From positions 28,637 through 92,636 of the forward strand of contig JAZQME010000020.1 of the NCBI GenBank assembly GCA_045543195.1: a DNA stretch of 64,000 nt, written 5' to 3'. The number at the start of each line of letters is the position of its first letter. Within the stretch, counting starts at the first letter, position 1. Positions 10,458 to 20,546 of this stretch are shown here, one piece after another. The stretch is from Lachnospira sp. Its GTDB lineage: Bacteria; Bacillota; Clostridia; Lachnospirales; Lachnospiraceae. A program made the position numbers and the translations under genes. The notes below the pieces were generated by a model. That model saw nothing but the letters and a program-made list of their open reading frames with translations, had not been told where the DNA came from and searched no databases.

Positions 10458-10964
10458 TTAACGTTTTTCAGTTAAAAACATCATCATACTCCTGCCCTCA
10501 AGCTTAGGAGCCTTCTCGATAACAGCAATATCCGCAAGTTTCTCAGCAAAATCCTCTAAGATATGCTTACTACTATCGATATGTGCCATCTCTCTTCCTC
10601 TGAAACGAAGAGTAACCTTTACCTTGTTACCTTTTTCAATGAACTTTCTTGCAGAATTGCACTTTGTATTAAGGTCGTTAATATCAATGTTAGGTGAAAG
10701 TCTTACTTCCTTAACTTCTACTGTCTTCTGCTTCTTCTTAGCTTCTTTTTCTTTTCTGATAAGTTCATACTTGTACTTACCATAATCTATCAACTTACAA
10801 ACCGGTGGATTCGCACCCGGTACGATTTTAACCAAATCAACCTCTGCTTCCTTTGCAAGTTTCATAGCATCCTTTGGTGACATAACACCAAGCTGCTCGC
10901 CGTCTTCCCCAATAACACGAACCTCTTTGTCTCTTATCTGTTCGTTAATCATTAATTCGCTAAT
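10458..10964 (-). CDS. infC: translation initiation factor IF-3, probably initiating at an ATT codon
   Basis: INEQIRDKEVRVIGEDGEQLG signature. GGAGGTG lies 7 nt before an in-frame ATT at 10964, whereas the first ATG (10952) is about 21 nt from the Shine-Dalgarno. Confidence 0.9.
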   Translation of the reverse strand: MSELMINEQIRDKEVRVIGEDGEQLGVMSPKDAMKLAKEAEVDLVKIVPGANPPVCKLIDYGKYKYELIRKEKEAKKKQKTVEVKEVRLSPNIDINDLNTKCNSARKFIEKGNKVKVTLRFRGREMAHIDSSKHILEDFAEKLADIAVIEKAPKLEGRSMMMFLTEKR

Positions 10965-10974
10965 AGTAGTACAC

Positions 10975-11130
10975 CTCCGTAGTCAGGATAAACAAAAATA
11001 AGTGGATAGCATAACTATCCACATCAACTCCATCGACAAAGCACACCTAACCTGTGCCATCAAAAAAGTATAAACCCAAGTCGCCTCTTGCGCTAAGGTG
11101 AGAGTGGATACTCTGCTTCGTTTTTCAACT
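10975..11130 (-). promoter_or_regulatory. L20-leader-like autoregulatory leader of infC-rpmI-rplT
   Basis: About 160-nt structured leader between a consensus-like promoter and the infC Shine-Dalgarno, ending in a terminator hairpin. Position and architecture match the Firmicute L20 leader. Not checked with a covariance model. Confidence 0.5.
10989..11022 (-). terminator. attenuator terminator inside the infC leader
   Basis: Minus strand reads GTGGATAG-TTATG-CTATCCAC followed by TTATTTTTGTTT, just upstream of the infC Shine-Dalgarno. Confidence 0.6.
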
Positions 11131-11135
11131 TCTGT

Positions 11136-11164
11136 ATAATATCACGGTTAGCTTTCCTTGTCAA
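11136..11164 (-). promoter_or_regulatory. sigma-A-type promoter of the infC operon
   Basis: Minus strand reads TTGACA, a 17-nt spacer, then TATTAT. Confidence 0.55.
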
Positions 11165-11294
11165 CACGTTAATTAAAACTTTTTATTTTTTTTTTGCTAT
11201 TCTTCATTTGATATTAATCTTCCCACGTGGTATTATATACTAGATGATATGTTTTTGCAAACTTAATCACTAAATAATTATTGGAGGAACATTT

Positions 11295-12161
11295 ATGAGA
11301 CCTTTTGTTATATCCACCGATACAACTGCTGATTTACCAGCAGAATATATCAAAGAACGTGATATTGATATTCACGGCTTATACTACGCATTTGGAGAAG
11401 TCGTTCACAATGCCGAGAATCCTCTCTCCGAGAAAGAATTTTATAACCGCATGAGAGAAGGTGCTATGCCAACTACTATGGCAACTAACCCAGAAGACTC
11501 TGCTTCACTTTTTAGAAAGCGTGCGAGGGATGGTTATGATATATTGCACATTGCATTCTCATCAGGATTGTCAAGCAGTTATAATAATGTATGCATTGCT
11601 GCCAATGAGGTTATGGAAGAATTTCCTGATTGCAAAATAATTGTTATTGATTCCCTTGCAGCATCTCTTGGCGAAGGCCTTATGGTATATCGTGCTTTCC
11701 AGTTAAAAGATGAAGGCAAGTCTATGTCAGATATTGTGGATTATTTAAATGCTCACATTCAAAACTTTGTTCACCTTTTTACTGTAGATGATCTTTTCCA
11801 CTTACACAGAGGCGGACGCGTTTCTAAAGCAACTGCCATTATTGGAACCATTGCCGGTATTAAACCTGTGCTTCATGTAGATGAACACGGTAAGCTCATC
11901 AATATCGCAAAAGTTCGCGGTCGTAAAAAATCTTTAAACGATCTGGTTGACCGTATGGGTGAACTTATCGGAAGTTATGCCGATGAAACTGATAAATTCT
12001 TCATTTCACATGGTGACTGTATTGAAGATGCCGAATATGTAGCCTCTAAGGTTAAAGAACGTTTTGGCAAGGAAGTTGTTATCAACTACGTTTGCCCAAC
12101 TATCGGCGCTCATTCAGGTCCTGGAACCATCGCGCTATTCTTTATAGGAGAAAAGCGTTAA
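11295..12161 (+). CDS. DegV family fatty-acid-binding protein
   Basis: 288 aa with the N-terminal ISTDTTADLP motif and typical DegV length and layout. Confidence 0.85.
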   Translation: MRPFVISTDTTADLPAEYIKERDIDIHGLYYAFGEVVHNAENPLSEKEFYNRMREGAMPTTMATNPEDSASLFRKRARDGYDILHIAFSSGLSSSYNNVCIAANEVMEEFPDCKIIVIDSLAASLGEGLMVYRAFQLKDEGKSMSDIVDYLNAHIQNFVHLFTVDDLFHLHRGGRVSKATAIIGTIAGIKPVLHVDEHGKLINIAKVRGRKKSLNDLVDRMGELIGSYADETDKFFISHGDCIEDAEYVASKVKERFGKEVVINYVCPTIGAHSGPGTIALFFIGEKR

Positions 12162-12195
12162 ACACGAAATTGAGTATACGTGATAATGTATAATA

Positions 12196-12403
12196 TAAGA
12201 GGCCTTTGCAATTTTTTTGTTGCAGACGCGAGAGGTACCATATACCTTAAAGACTGTAGCTAAGCACCGGTACTAAACTCATAAAGTTATGCTCTGCATA
12301 ACTTTATGAGTTTAGTACCGGTGTGCTTAGGTCCAAGCGAAAGCGAGTCTTTAAGGCATATAGGTACTCTCGCAATACTACAACATTTTCCAAAGGCCTC
12401 TTA
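12196..12403. repeat. about 208-bp extended imperfect palindrome (long composite hairpin) between convergent genes
   Basis: Core 33-bp stem 12260..12292 / 12296..12330 (one 2-nt bulge, 3-nt loop). Outer matching segments are TAAGAGGCCTTTG/CAAAGGCCTCTTA, GCGAGAG/CTCTCGC and TTAAAGACT/AGTCTTTAA. Confidence 0.85.
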
Positions 12404-12417
12404 AAATATACTTACAC

Positions 12418-13695
12418 TTACATCAATTCCGCAATCCCTGACAGTCTCACATACCAGTCTGATATTCTATACCATGTTGGAAAATCCACGACTCCGGTCT
12501 GCGGCATATCGAATATTCTCTGAAATGTTCTTACTGCATCTGCTGTCCGTTCTCCATATATTCCGTCCGGAACAACATATGGAATAGCCGAATAAAAATC
12601 ACCTATATAATTTAACTGTTCCTGCAATTGTCGAACCTTCTGTCCACTAGAGCCTATGTCAAGATCACTTCCCGGCCATGAAGAAGGTATACCGCTTATC
12701 TCTTCCGCAGAATTAATATACATATTGTCACCATAATAGTATCTCAATATCTCTATGGCGCTGTATCCCTGATCACCCAGACTCTTACTCCCCCACTGTG
12801 TCATCCAGTTAGGACAGCTCACCTTTCTTCCATCACAATATTGTGTAAGAATAGGCTGCTTAACATTGGGTCTTGAAAGATAGCAGTCAAATATTTCATC
12901 AACCACACTGGCTATGCTTGTAAATATATTTCTGTTATTAACCCATTTGTGATCGTAAGCCGTTGAGGATGTAATAGTAAACTCATAACCTCTGTTTCGA
13001 TAAAATTCCGTATACACTCTATTCATTGTAAATGACAAAATCGCAAGTACATTTGCTTTAATTGTCTCACGAGGCCATGTAGAGTATATTTCACTACATG
13101 CTACATTTTTAATATAATCCCTGTATCTTACATAATAATTGTTGGCTGTGGAATCAGATGGAACACCGTCATGAACCACAACAATCTCCGGTACCACAAC
13201 ACGGCTAAGTACAATTTCTCCCTGACGATTAACCGGCTGAATCTCCGATTCCGGAATCTTTGGTGGAAAGTCGCCAAATAAGGTTATAGCCGGTATAACA
13301 AAATTATCTGGTGAATTTAAAGAGCCAGCCGGTCGAAGTGGCGTTCTCTGTATACTGGTTTCTCCAGAGAATATCTCCGAGCCTGACACTGAAAATGTTT
13401 CAAACCCCGGAGCACTTACACTTATCGTATACTCTGAATAGGGCTGATTAGTAGATGGTTCCATACTATATTCAACCGGCGGTGCGCTTAGTTCAATAAG
13501 TTCTGTCTGACCATCAACATCTGTTCTTACTTCCTCTAAAGTCGCGTCCGGCTCTCCTGTATAGGATATGCTTACTCTTGCGTCACTTACCGGTCTACCT
13601 GTCACTCCATCAACAACATTTACTCTAAGATTACCATAATCCACCGAATCAGTAGAGACTTGCGACAAACCAAGTCTTTTCATATTATAATACAT
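12418..13695 (-). CDS. sleC: spore cortex-lytic enzyme SleC (pre-pro form) with C-terminal peptidoglycan-binding domain
   Basis: Long blocks match my recollection of clostridial SleC: LFGDFPPKIPES, SEIYSTWP, TITSSTAYDHK, QYCDG...MTQWGSK.LGDQGY. C-terminal PG_binding_1-like repeat (DGIYGERTADAVRTFQRIF). Start at M16 follows AGGGAG. Confidence 0.8.
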   Translation of the reverse strand: MYYNMKRLGLSQVSTDSVDYGNLRVNVVDGVTGRPVSDARVSISYTGEPDATLEEVRTDVDGQTELIELSAPPVEYSMEPSTNQPYSEYTISVSAPGFETFSVSGSEIFSGETSIQRTPLRPAGSLNSPDNFVIPAITLFGDFPPKIPESEIQPVNRQGEIVLSRVVVPEIVVVHDGVPSDSTANNYYVRYRDYIKNVACSEIYSTWPRETIKANVLAILSFTMNRVYTEFYRNRGYEFTITSSTAYDHKWVNNRNIFTSIASVVDEIFDCYLSRPNVKQPILTQYCDGRKVSCPNWMTQWGSKSLGDQGYSAIEILRYYYGDNMYINSAEEISGIPSSWPGSDLDIGSSGQKVRQLQEQLNYIGDFYSAIPYVVPDGIYGERTADAVRTFQRIFDMPQTGVVDFPTWYRISDWYVRLSGIAELM

Positions 13696-13831
13696 CTGCT
13701 TCTCCCTGATATACCTACCATTCTTTATCAATATATTCAACCAAAATGTATCTTGTGATAAATTTCTTTATCCATATCAACATTCTTACCAAACTGAATA
13801 TAATATCGTAATGACATATCAAGGAGTCTCT

Positions 13832-14728
13832 ATGGCTATCAAAGTTGCTTTAGACGCAGGACACGGCGGTAACGACCCCGGTGCCCAGTATAAAGGACGT
13901 ACGGAGAAGGATGATGTATTAGAACTAACTAAAGCTGTGGGCAATATACTTATGAATAATGGTATTGAGGTTTTTTATGTAAGAAAGAACGACGAATACG
14001 AAACACCTTTTAAAAAGGCATCTGATGCCAATGCAGCCGATGCCGATTTCTTCATCTCCCTTCATCGCAATTCTTCAGAATACGGCAATCAATACAGCGG
14101 TATTCAGACTCTTGTATACAGTGATGATGGTGTTCGTGCTGAACTTGCTCGCAACATTAATGAGCAACTTGAAAATCTTGGTTTTGCCAACATAGGTGTT
14201 GAAGAGCGTAAGAATCTCGTTGTACTTCGACGCACCAATATGCCTGCCGCCCTTGTTGAAGTTGGTTTTATTAACACCGATGCTGATAATGCCATATTTG
14301 ACAATCAATTCGATGAAGTTGCCAATGCTATTGCGCAAGGAATACTAAGTACTATCAAAACAGATTCTAAAGAAACTGCTATTGTCTCATTACCTGAAAC
14401 AGTAAATTCCTTAACCGAAACTTCTTCCGCTGTCGTTACAACAAACACATCACTTTCCAACGTAGATTCTATGGACTACACTTCAGATGCTAATAATATG
14501 GAATTCCCCGAACAGTTATATCGTGTTCAAGTTGGCGCATTTAAAAACAAAGAAAATGCTGACAGAATGTTAAATTCTCTGTTAATAGAAGGTTTTCCGG
14601 CATTTATAGTGCAAGAAGACGGATATTACAAAGTTCAGGTTGGTGCATTTAATTTTCTTGCAAATGCCATAAAGATGGAACAGCGCCTCCGCCGATTCAG
14701 ATACAACACATTTATCGTTTATAACTAA
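13832..14728 (+). CDS. N-acetylmuramoyl-L-alanine amidase (Amidase_3) with C-terminal SPOR domain
   Basis: ALDAGHGGNDPGA, ISLHRNS and ALVEVGFINT amidase_3 blocks. C-terminal YRVQVGAFKNKENA...YKVQVGAF SPOR repeats. AAGGAG lies 5 nt before the ATG at 13832. Confidence 0.85.
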   Translation: MAIKVALDAGHGGNDPGAQYKGRTEKDDVLELTKAVGNILMNNGIEVFYVRKNDEYETPFKKASDANAADADFFISLHRNSSEYGNQYSGIQTLVYSDDGVRAELARNINEQLENLGFANIGVEERKNLVVLRRTNMPAALVEVGFINTDADNAIFDNQFDEVANAIAQGILSTIKTDSKETAIVSLPETVNSLTETSSAVVTTNTSLSNVDSMDYTSDANNMEFPEQLYRVQVGAFKNKENADRMLNSLLIEGFPAFIVQEDGYYKVQVGAFNFLANAIKMEQRLRRFRYNTFIVYN

Positions 14729-14735
14729 CACAAAA

Positions 14736-14759
14736 ACGGGGCTTCTTATGAAGCCCCGT
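14736..14759. terminator. bidirectional intrinsic terminator
   Basis: Hairpin ACGGGGCTTC-TTAT-GAAGCCCCGT between convergent genes. Confidence 0.75.
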
Positions 14760-14777
14760 AATATATGTTCTGCAATA

Positions 14778-16901
14778 TTAAGCTGCGTTACCAGCACTTG
14801 CACCAGTTTCAAGTTCTACACCTGTTCCGCTGCCTGTACCATTTCCAGTTCCATTACCAGTCCCTGAATTTGAGGAACTTGACTGTAATTTCTGAAAACC
14901 TTTATCTGATAACATTTTCTTCATTAAAGTCACATAATTCTGTGAAAACTGTGACATAAATGCCATCTGCTCAGCTTCTGTTGCCTTATCTGTATCTATC
15001 AGATTAGGGAAACTTGCCTCAGACACAGACACACCTGTAATAGCTACAGCATCGGCCTTAGCTGACATACTAAGCGCCAAATTAGAACCATTGCTTGTAT
15101 CTTTTCCAGTGAGTTCATACTTGACAATCTCCATTGATGTACCTGACATCTTCCATTCATAATACATTGTGTAATATGAATCCTCAAAGTCACAGTCAAG
15201 TGTAAACTTCTTATTCTCACTTCTTCCATCATAACAGAACTTCATATATTCATTATCATGTTCCATTCCGATATACACAGACTCTCCGCCAACAGACATA
15301 AGTGTAATAGTTCCTGTTTCTTTTGAATCATAATCAGCAACATTAATACCTATTCCGGCAAACTTGCTGTCCTTTGTATACATTGTAAACTTGTATGTTT
15401 CCGGAGAATCCTTCATACCATCAGAAAATTCACTCTTAAGTGTATCCTTATCAAGCTTTGCACCAATTGTATTCAACATTGTGATATATGGAACAATTGT
15501 AGTATCATCAAATATAGCATCAATAGCCTTATTATATCCGGCAATAATCTCAGCCTTGCTTACTGTAACAAGATATGACTCATAGGCCTCTGAACCAAGG
15601 TCTCCTGCTGAAACAGTTACTGTACCTTCATTCTTTGTATACTGCGCTTTATCAATAACATGGTCAAGACCTGTAACCATATGACCAATTACTGCTTCAA
15701 AGACTTTAGCGTACTGCTTCATAGTCTCCTCATCCATATTAGACATAGCCTTAATAATAGCACTCATCTGTGCATCACTTGTTTCTACAGTTGTGCCATC
15801 TTCAGTAGTTGTATTTGTTTCAACTGATGACTTTAAACTATTAGTTGCTAACTCTGGTATTCTAATATACATAGTCTTGCCGTCTGTGTACATATGCACA
15901 TTAACAATAGGTGTTGACTTGCCCTTAGCAAGGCTAAATATCATAGACATCTTACCTGTATCTGAATCCATTTCTACTTCATAGTTAACTGTATCAACAT
16001 TTAAATATGACATATAATTCTCATCATCAACAACAAGCTTATTAAGTGTAAACGAACCTGTTGTCTTTTGCTTAGAGCCTAACTTTACAACTGTCATATT
16101 GTTTGTCAGATTCGATGCCGAATTCTTTATATCAGCCGTAACTGACTTAAGTACAGTAGCACCTGAGAGGTTAGTATCAGCTGTTTCCTGTTCTTTTTTC
16201 TTATTTAAAAACATAGGAGCAACAAGTGCGGCACCTACACACAAACAAATAACAAGCACTGCAACTATTCCAATAATAATCGGAGCCTTACTTTTCTTCT
16301 TTGTTGTCGGCTGATATGTATTCCACATCTGCTGTGTCTGACTATTCCATGTAAGATTACTGTCTCCTGACTGTGGTGCTGACTGCTGTGGTGCTGACTG
16401 TTGCATCACTGGTGTTGGTGCTACCGGCTGTACTGGCGGTTGTTGCATCACCGGTGCTGGTGTTACCGGCTGTACCGGTGTCTCCTGCATCACCGGTGCT
16501 GGGGCTACCGGCTGTACCGGTGTCTCCTGCATCACTGGTGTTGGTGTTTCCGGCTGTACCGGTGTCTCCTGCATCACTGGTGCTGGGGCTACCGGCTGTA
16601 CCGGTGTCTCCTGCATCACTGGTGTTGGTATTTCCGGCTGTACCGGTATCTCCTGCATCACTGGTGCTATCGGCTCTACCAATATTTTTTCTTCTACTGT
16701 CTCAGCCACTTCCTCAACAACTGGAGCAACTGTTTCTTCTACCACTGGTGTTACTTCCTCAACAACCGTTGTAACTACTGGTTCTACAGGCGCAGCCACT
16801 GGTGTAACTGTCTGTCCCGACTTCTTAACCTGATTTCCACACTGTGGGCAGAAATTAGCTTCCCCTAAATTATATCCACATTTTGTACAAAACATATCCA
16901 T
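14778..16901 (-). CDS. zinc-ribbon membrane protein with Pro-rich tandem repeats and a large extracytoplasmic domain
   Basis: N-terminal CTKCG...CPQCG zinc ribbon, six to seven [14 protein letters not shown] repeats, one TM helix ([23 protein letters not shown]), and a G/T/N/S-rich C-terminus. Confidence 0.7.
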   Translation of the reverse strand: MDMFCTKCGYNLGEANFCPQCGNQVKKSGQTVTPVAAPVEPVVTTVVEEVTPVVEETVAPVVEEVAETVEEKILVEPIAPVMQEIPVQPEIPTPVMQETPVQPVAPAPVMQETPVQPETPTPVMQETPVQPVAPAPVMQETPVQPVTPAPVMQQPPVQPVAPTPVMQQSAPQQSAPQSGDSNLTWNSQTQQMWNTYQPTTKKKSKAPIIIGIVAVLVICLCVGAALVAPMFLNKKKEQETADTNLSGATVLKSVTADIKNSASNLTNNMTVVKLGSKQKTTGSFTLNKLVVDDENYMSYLNVDTVNYEVEMDSDTGKMSMIFSLAKGKSTPIVNVHMYTDGKTMYIRIPELATNSLKSSVETNTTTEDGTTVETSDAQMSAIIKAMSNMDEETMKQYAKVFEAVIGHMVTGLDHVIDKAQYTKNEGTVTVSAGDLGSEAYESYLVTVSKAEIIAGYNKAIDAIFDDTTIVPYITMLNTIGAKLDKDTLKSEFSDGMKDSPETYKFTMYTKDSKFAGIGINVADYDSKETGTITLMSVGGESVYIGMEHDNEYMKFCYDGRSENKKFTLDCDFEDSYYTMYYEWKMSGTSMEIVKYELTGKDTSNGSNLALSMSAKADAVAITGVSVSEASFPNLIDTDKATEAEQMAFMSQFSQNYVTLMKKMLSDKGFQKLQSSSSNSGTGNGTGNGTGSGTGVELETGASAGNAA
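16400..16666 (-). repeat. coding tandem repeat, about 42-bp unit, six to seven copies
   Basis: The unit ...ACCGGCTGTACCGGTGTCTCCTGCATCACTGGTG... encodes [18 protein letters not shown] 14-aa repeats. Mirror ORFs on the plus strand are artefacts of it. Confidence 0.9.
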
Positions 16902-16967
16902 TCCCTTTCATATTTTGATAATTAATGCAACGCATTGAACTAATTCTACCAATATTTACTATTTTTT

Positions 16968-17459
16968 TCAACATATTTTTTTGTATCTATGAAATTCATA
17001 CACAATGTTAAAATACGTCTTCTCATCGCTAGACTCTACAACTTTCCAATCTAAACGCTTGTCAAGATTAGGAAAAAATGTGTCTGCATCATATTCATAA
17101 TCAATCTTGGTTATGTGTGCCTCATCACACATATCTAGCATTTGTTCATATATTGTCCCGCCACCAATAACATACACATCATCTGTGTCATATTCTGCTA
17201 CAGCTTCAACAGCCTCTTGCACGCTGTGACAAACCACTGCACCTTCAACCTTATAGTCCTGGTTAGATGTAATAACAATATTAACTCGTCCTACAAGTGG
17301 CGAACGGTCTTTTAATGTTTCTAAAGTCTTTCTGCCCATGATAACCACTTTCCCCATGGTTTCCTCACGAAAGAACTTCATATCTTCCGGAATGCTGACA
17401 AGCATCCTGCCCGCGCGACCAATAGCCCAATTAGCATCAACTGCCGCTATAAGCTTCAT
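16968..17459 (-). CDS. folA: dihydrofolate reductase
   Basis: 163 aa with IAAVDANWAIG, IPEDMKFFREET, VIMGRKT and VIGGG motifs. Confidence 0.92.
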   Translation of the reverse strand: MKLIAAVDANWAIGRAGRMLVSIPEDMKFFREETMGKVVIMGRKTLETLKDRSPLVGRVNIVITSNQDYKVEGAVVCHSVQEAVEAVAEYDTDDVYVIGGGTIYEQMLDMCDEAHITKIDYEYDADTFFPNLDKRLDWKVVESSDEKTYFNIVYEFHRYKKIC

Positions 17460-17473
17460 AATTCAACGCTCCT

Positions 17474-18916
17474 TTACATAACCTCTAATCTAATATCTGT
17501 AAATGTAACATCTGCATTGCGAGATACAAACATACCAACATACACGTTGACCGGATCTATAGCTGTAAGCTTGAAATCAAATCCACCTGTAATAGTCTGT
17601 TCTTCTCCAAAGGTACAAGCATAACCGTCATTAGTACTCTCTATTCGAAGTTCAACAGTATCTCCAGGCTTATACTCCCTTGTACACTGTCCGCCTAAGT
17701 GAAGTATTCCACTTCTTCTGGCAAAACAGTTAGTTGCATCCGCACCTTTTGTAATATGAAGAGGTGCTGCCGCAACATAATCTCCAAGCAGATCTGCCCC
17801 TGTCATATCAATATACATATCATCTCTTGCCATAAGACCATAGGAAACCTGATTATTAAGGAAATAATCATTAATCGTAGCTTTAGCTGTAAGCACAAAA
17901 TTCTTATCTGCTGGAACCTTTGTATAATACATAGCAATACCATCTGAACTCTGAGCGATTTTCCCCTTATTATCCTTAACCGCAATTCTCACAGCATCTT
18001 CTGATACAGGTTCTAATATAAAGTTCTCATTGGATGGCACCACACCGATATCACCAAACACGGTACCTTTCCACTGTCCTGCTGGTTTCCATAACTGACT
18101 GTCCTTAAGATTAGAATCAAATACAACCGGAACGTAATCTTCATTCATAACAAGATACTTTTCCTTTGATGGCACTTTCCAATTATCATCGAGCACCTCA
18201 TCATCCAACCTTATATACTCGGAGAGACCTTCCACTCCCAACTCTTTAATGGCCTTTAAGCACATATACGCATTGACTGTTGCTCCCCAAACATTAGTGT
18301 GTGTATTATCTACACTCAACTCATGACTTGAACACCATGCATGCAAATACTTAGTATTCTCAGGTGTCATCATTTCATAAAGAGCCTTTGTTTTTGCAGT
18401 CATATCAACAACAGGAATACCAAGCTCCTTTCCCAGCTCCCTAACCATCTGTGGGTAGTCGCCACCAATAAAATCACCTGTATTACCTGTTATATGCAAT
18501 TCTTCTTGTGTCCACTTGCCTGAAGCCGTACGTCTGACGATTGATGTACACAATATAGTCTTACACCCTACTGCTTCTGCCTTCTTTATATAGTTCACAT
18601 ACAAAGAGTTTGCAAATGTACCCTCATCCTTATATGTACCCGTTGCTGAAGTAAATCTTCCCGCTTCTGTCTTCTCATCATTGTGTCCGAAACCTATAAG
18701 TAAAAAATCTCCTGATGACATACCATCGAGCAACTTTTCATAAGCCGGTTCAGCCATATAACTCTTACTACTTCTTCCTGATAATGCAATATTTACAACT
18801 TCAATATCATCAGTCAAATATTGCTGCATCTTAGTGCCATATCCATATCTTGGATAGCAGTACTTATCATTAAATGCACTTAGTGTAGAATCCCCTATTA
18901 CCCATAATTTTGGCAT
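17474..18916 (-). CDS. SGNH/GDSL hydrolase (rhamnogalacturonan acetylesterase-like, CE12-type) with C-terminal beta-sandwich domain
   Basis: Block I VIGDSTLS, block III GHND, block V DNTHTN. About 230 aa of extra C-terminal domain. No signal peptide. Confidence 0.6.
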   Translation of the reverse strand: MPKLWVIGDSTLSAFNDKYCYPRYGYGTKMQQYLTDDIEVVNIALSGRSSKSYMAEPAYEKLLDGMSSGDFLLIGFGHNDEKTEAGRFTSATGTYKDEGTFANSLYVNYIKKAEAVGCKTILCTSIVRRTASGKWTQEELHITGNTGDFIGGDYPQMVRELGKELGIPVVDMTAKTKALYEMMTPENTKYLHAWCSSHELSVDNTHTNVWGATVNAYMCLKAIKELGVEGLSEYIRLDDEVLDDNWKVPSKEKYLVMNEDYVPVVFDSNLKDSQLWKPAGQWKGTVFGDIGVVPSNENFILEPVSEDAVRIAVKDNKGKIAQSSDGIAMYYTKVPADKNFVLTAKATINDYFLNNQVSYGLMARDDMYIDMTGADLLGDYVAAAPLHITKGADATNCFARRSGILHLGGQCTREYKPGDTVELRIESTNDGYACTFGEEQTITGGFDFKLTAIDPVNVYVGMFVSRNADVTFTDIRLEVM

Positions 18917-18977
18917 ACCTTACCTCCTAGTAATCAGATATTCATTCAAACATACTCTTAAATACACAGTATATTAG

Positions 18978-19502
18978 TTAGTTTGATTTTAACGCATATG
19001 TTATCCCCATAACAACATCATCTTTCACTGTAAATTGAAGCTCCATATTGCCTGAAGCATAGCTGTACACATTACCATTCTGGCTATAACCTGAGCCATA
19101 TGCACCTGTCATCTTATCCTTGCTATCGCCAATCTTTACACCTTCTCCTGTCTTAACCGTGTCGTCGTCAAATGTTATGGCAAAAAGTAAATCTTTTCCA
19201 TCCTTCTGGTATCCTTGAAGTGTGAAACCGTCATAATACCAAAACTTGTCCATACCTTCAAAGGCACAGCTTTTAGCTTCATAGTAACCACCTGATGGTT
19301 CACCAAGCTTAGCAACATAATCCTTAACGTCACCATCAATATTCATAGTCAAACCCTTGCTCTCATACACATACCCCGTTTGAGCCTGTGACTCTTGCTG
19401 TGTCTGTGCCTGAGTTCCTTCTGTTTTTCCACTTCCGCCACATGCTGTAAGCCCTACACACATAACCAACATAGCTACTGCTAATAAATTCTTTTTTCTC
19501 AT
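18978..19502 (-). CDS. lipoprotein of unknown function
   Basis: MRKKNLLAVAMLVMCVGLTACGG signal peptide with lipobox. Its start overlaps the stop of the upstream gene. Confidence 0.6.
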   Translation of the reverse strand: MRKKNLLAVAMLVMCVGLTACGGSGKTEGTQAQTQQESQAQTGYVYESKGLTMNIDGDVKDYVAKLGEPSGGYYEAKSCAFEGMDKFWYYDGFTLQGYQKDGKDLLFAITFDDDTVKTGEGVKIGDSKDKMTGAYGSGYSQNGNVYSYASGNMELQFTVKDDVVMGITYALKSN

Positions 19503-20536
19503 TGTTCTTCCCATTCCTTTAACTTAGTTTCTTTTTCGTCATAATATCGCTCTACGAGATTCTCCCAGTACTTCGCAACATCTTTATCATCTCTGTAATC
19601 CTTTAAATCATACTTATCATCCAGTACTCCAGCCAAATATTTAGAATACTTCTCAGCCCCTTGAACATTCATATGTAATCCTGTGTCATAGGTATCCGTC
19701 AAATAATCTATACCGGTTTTGTCGCCAACTTCTAATGCATTGATATAAAGCAACTCATTTTCCTTGGCAAAATCTTCTATCTGCTGCTCATACTCCTCAT
19801 ACCAATGTGGAAATATATTAGGCGCTTTGAGAAGCACTAGCTTTATGTCTTTCTCTTTGCACATATCACTCATCTTCTGCAAGTATTCCATATTACTTTC
19901 ATCAAATGTACCATCTGCCAGTACCGGAACTCGCGGTTTGGTAGTAACCGGCTTTACGCCAACTCTCATCATATAACCGTTCGTAGTTACCTTCGGTTTA
20001 TTGATATAATACTTAATATCCTCTGAAGTCAATTCACTCCAACGAGAATGATAACGAGCTAGTGGAAAAAGATAACTAATAAAATTCTCATCCTCCGTCA
20101 TGGATGCATTGATAGCATTAACCTTTGTAGCAGACCATCTCATACCATCTATTGTCATTCTGTTGTAAGGTTCTTCCGCCTCCGACTTTTTAATTGCCAT
20201 AGACTGAATATCAACCATTACAACCTTTGGTGTTTCATAACGCAGAGTATCTTCAAGTATATAGTACGACTGCCATATATACTGATCCGCACTACCTCTA
20301 ACATAACTTGTTATACCATATTCTTCCCACATGGTAACAGGTGAAATATTCTCATACACCTGACAACTACCAATAATCAAAACATCATGGTTCTTCTCGC
20401 TTTGGTAATACTCTTCAATCATTGAACCTTCCTGTATATCAGTAACATACTTGGGCATTAGCAACTGCTGAACGCCCAGTAAGCAGATAACCATAACAAA
20501 AACGAATACCACTACCTTTGTTACTCTTTTTAACAT
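19499..20536 (-). CDS. membrane-anchored SGNH-like/DltD-like hydrolase candidate
   Basis: N-terminal TM anchor, IIGSCQV block and late TGLHMN motif reminiscent of SGNH-fold O-acyl esterases. Weak family call. Confidence 0.35.
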   Translation of the reverse strand: MLKRVTKVVVFVFVMVICLLGVQQLLMPKYVTDIQEGSMIEEYYQSEKNHDVLIIGSCQVYENISPVTMWEEYGITSYVRGSADQYIWQSYYILEDTLRYETPKVVMVDIQSMAIKKSEAEEPYNRMTIDGMRWSATKVNAINASMTEDENFISYLFPLARYHSRWSELTSEDIKYYINKPKVTTNGYMMRVGVKPVTTKPRVPVLADGTFDESNMEYLQKMSDMCKEKDIKLVLLKAPNIFPHWYEEYEQQIEDFAKENELLYINALEVGDKTGIDYLTDTYDTGLHMNVQGAEKYSKYLAGVLDDKYDLKDYRDDKDVAKYWENLVERYYDEKETKLKEWEEQ

Positions 20537-20546
20537 ATAAACCTCA

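Noticed and set aside
12323-12523. 66-aa plus-strand ORF starting inside the right arm of the 208-bp palindrome
   Set aside because: It overlaps the sleC 3' end antisense and starts within hairpin sequence. It has no ribosome-binding site and most likely arises by chance.
16400-16666. Possible CRISPR array, because of regular short repeats
   Set aside because: The repeats are contiguous with no unique spacers, lie in frame inside a long ORF, and encode a Pro-rich peptide repeat. No cas genes or leader are present anywhere in the window.
16373-16868. Two plus-strand ORFs (133 and 155 aa) with striking periodic sequences ([12 protein letters not shown]..., [13 protein letters not shown]...)
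   Set aside because: They are mirror-frame translations of the 42-bp coding tandem repeat of the minus-strand zinc-ribbon protein. The periodicity is inherited and does not indicate a separate gene.
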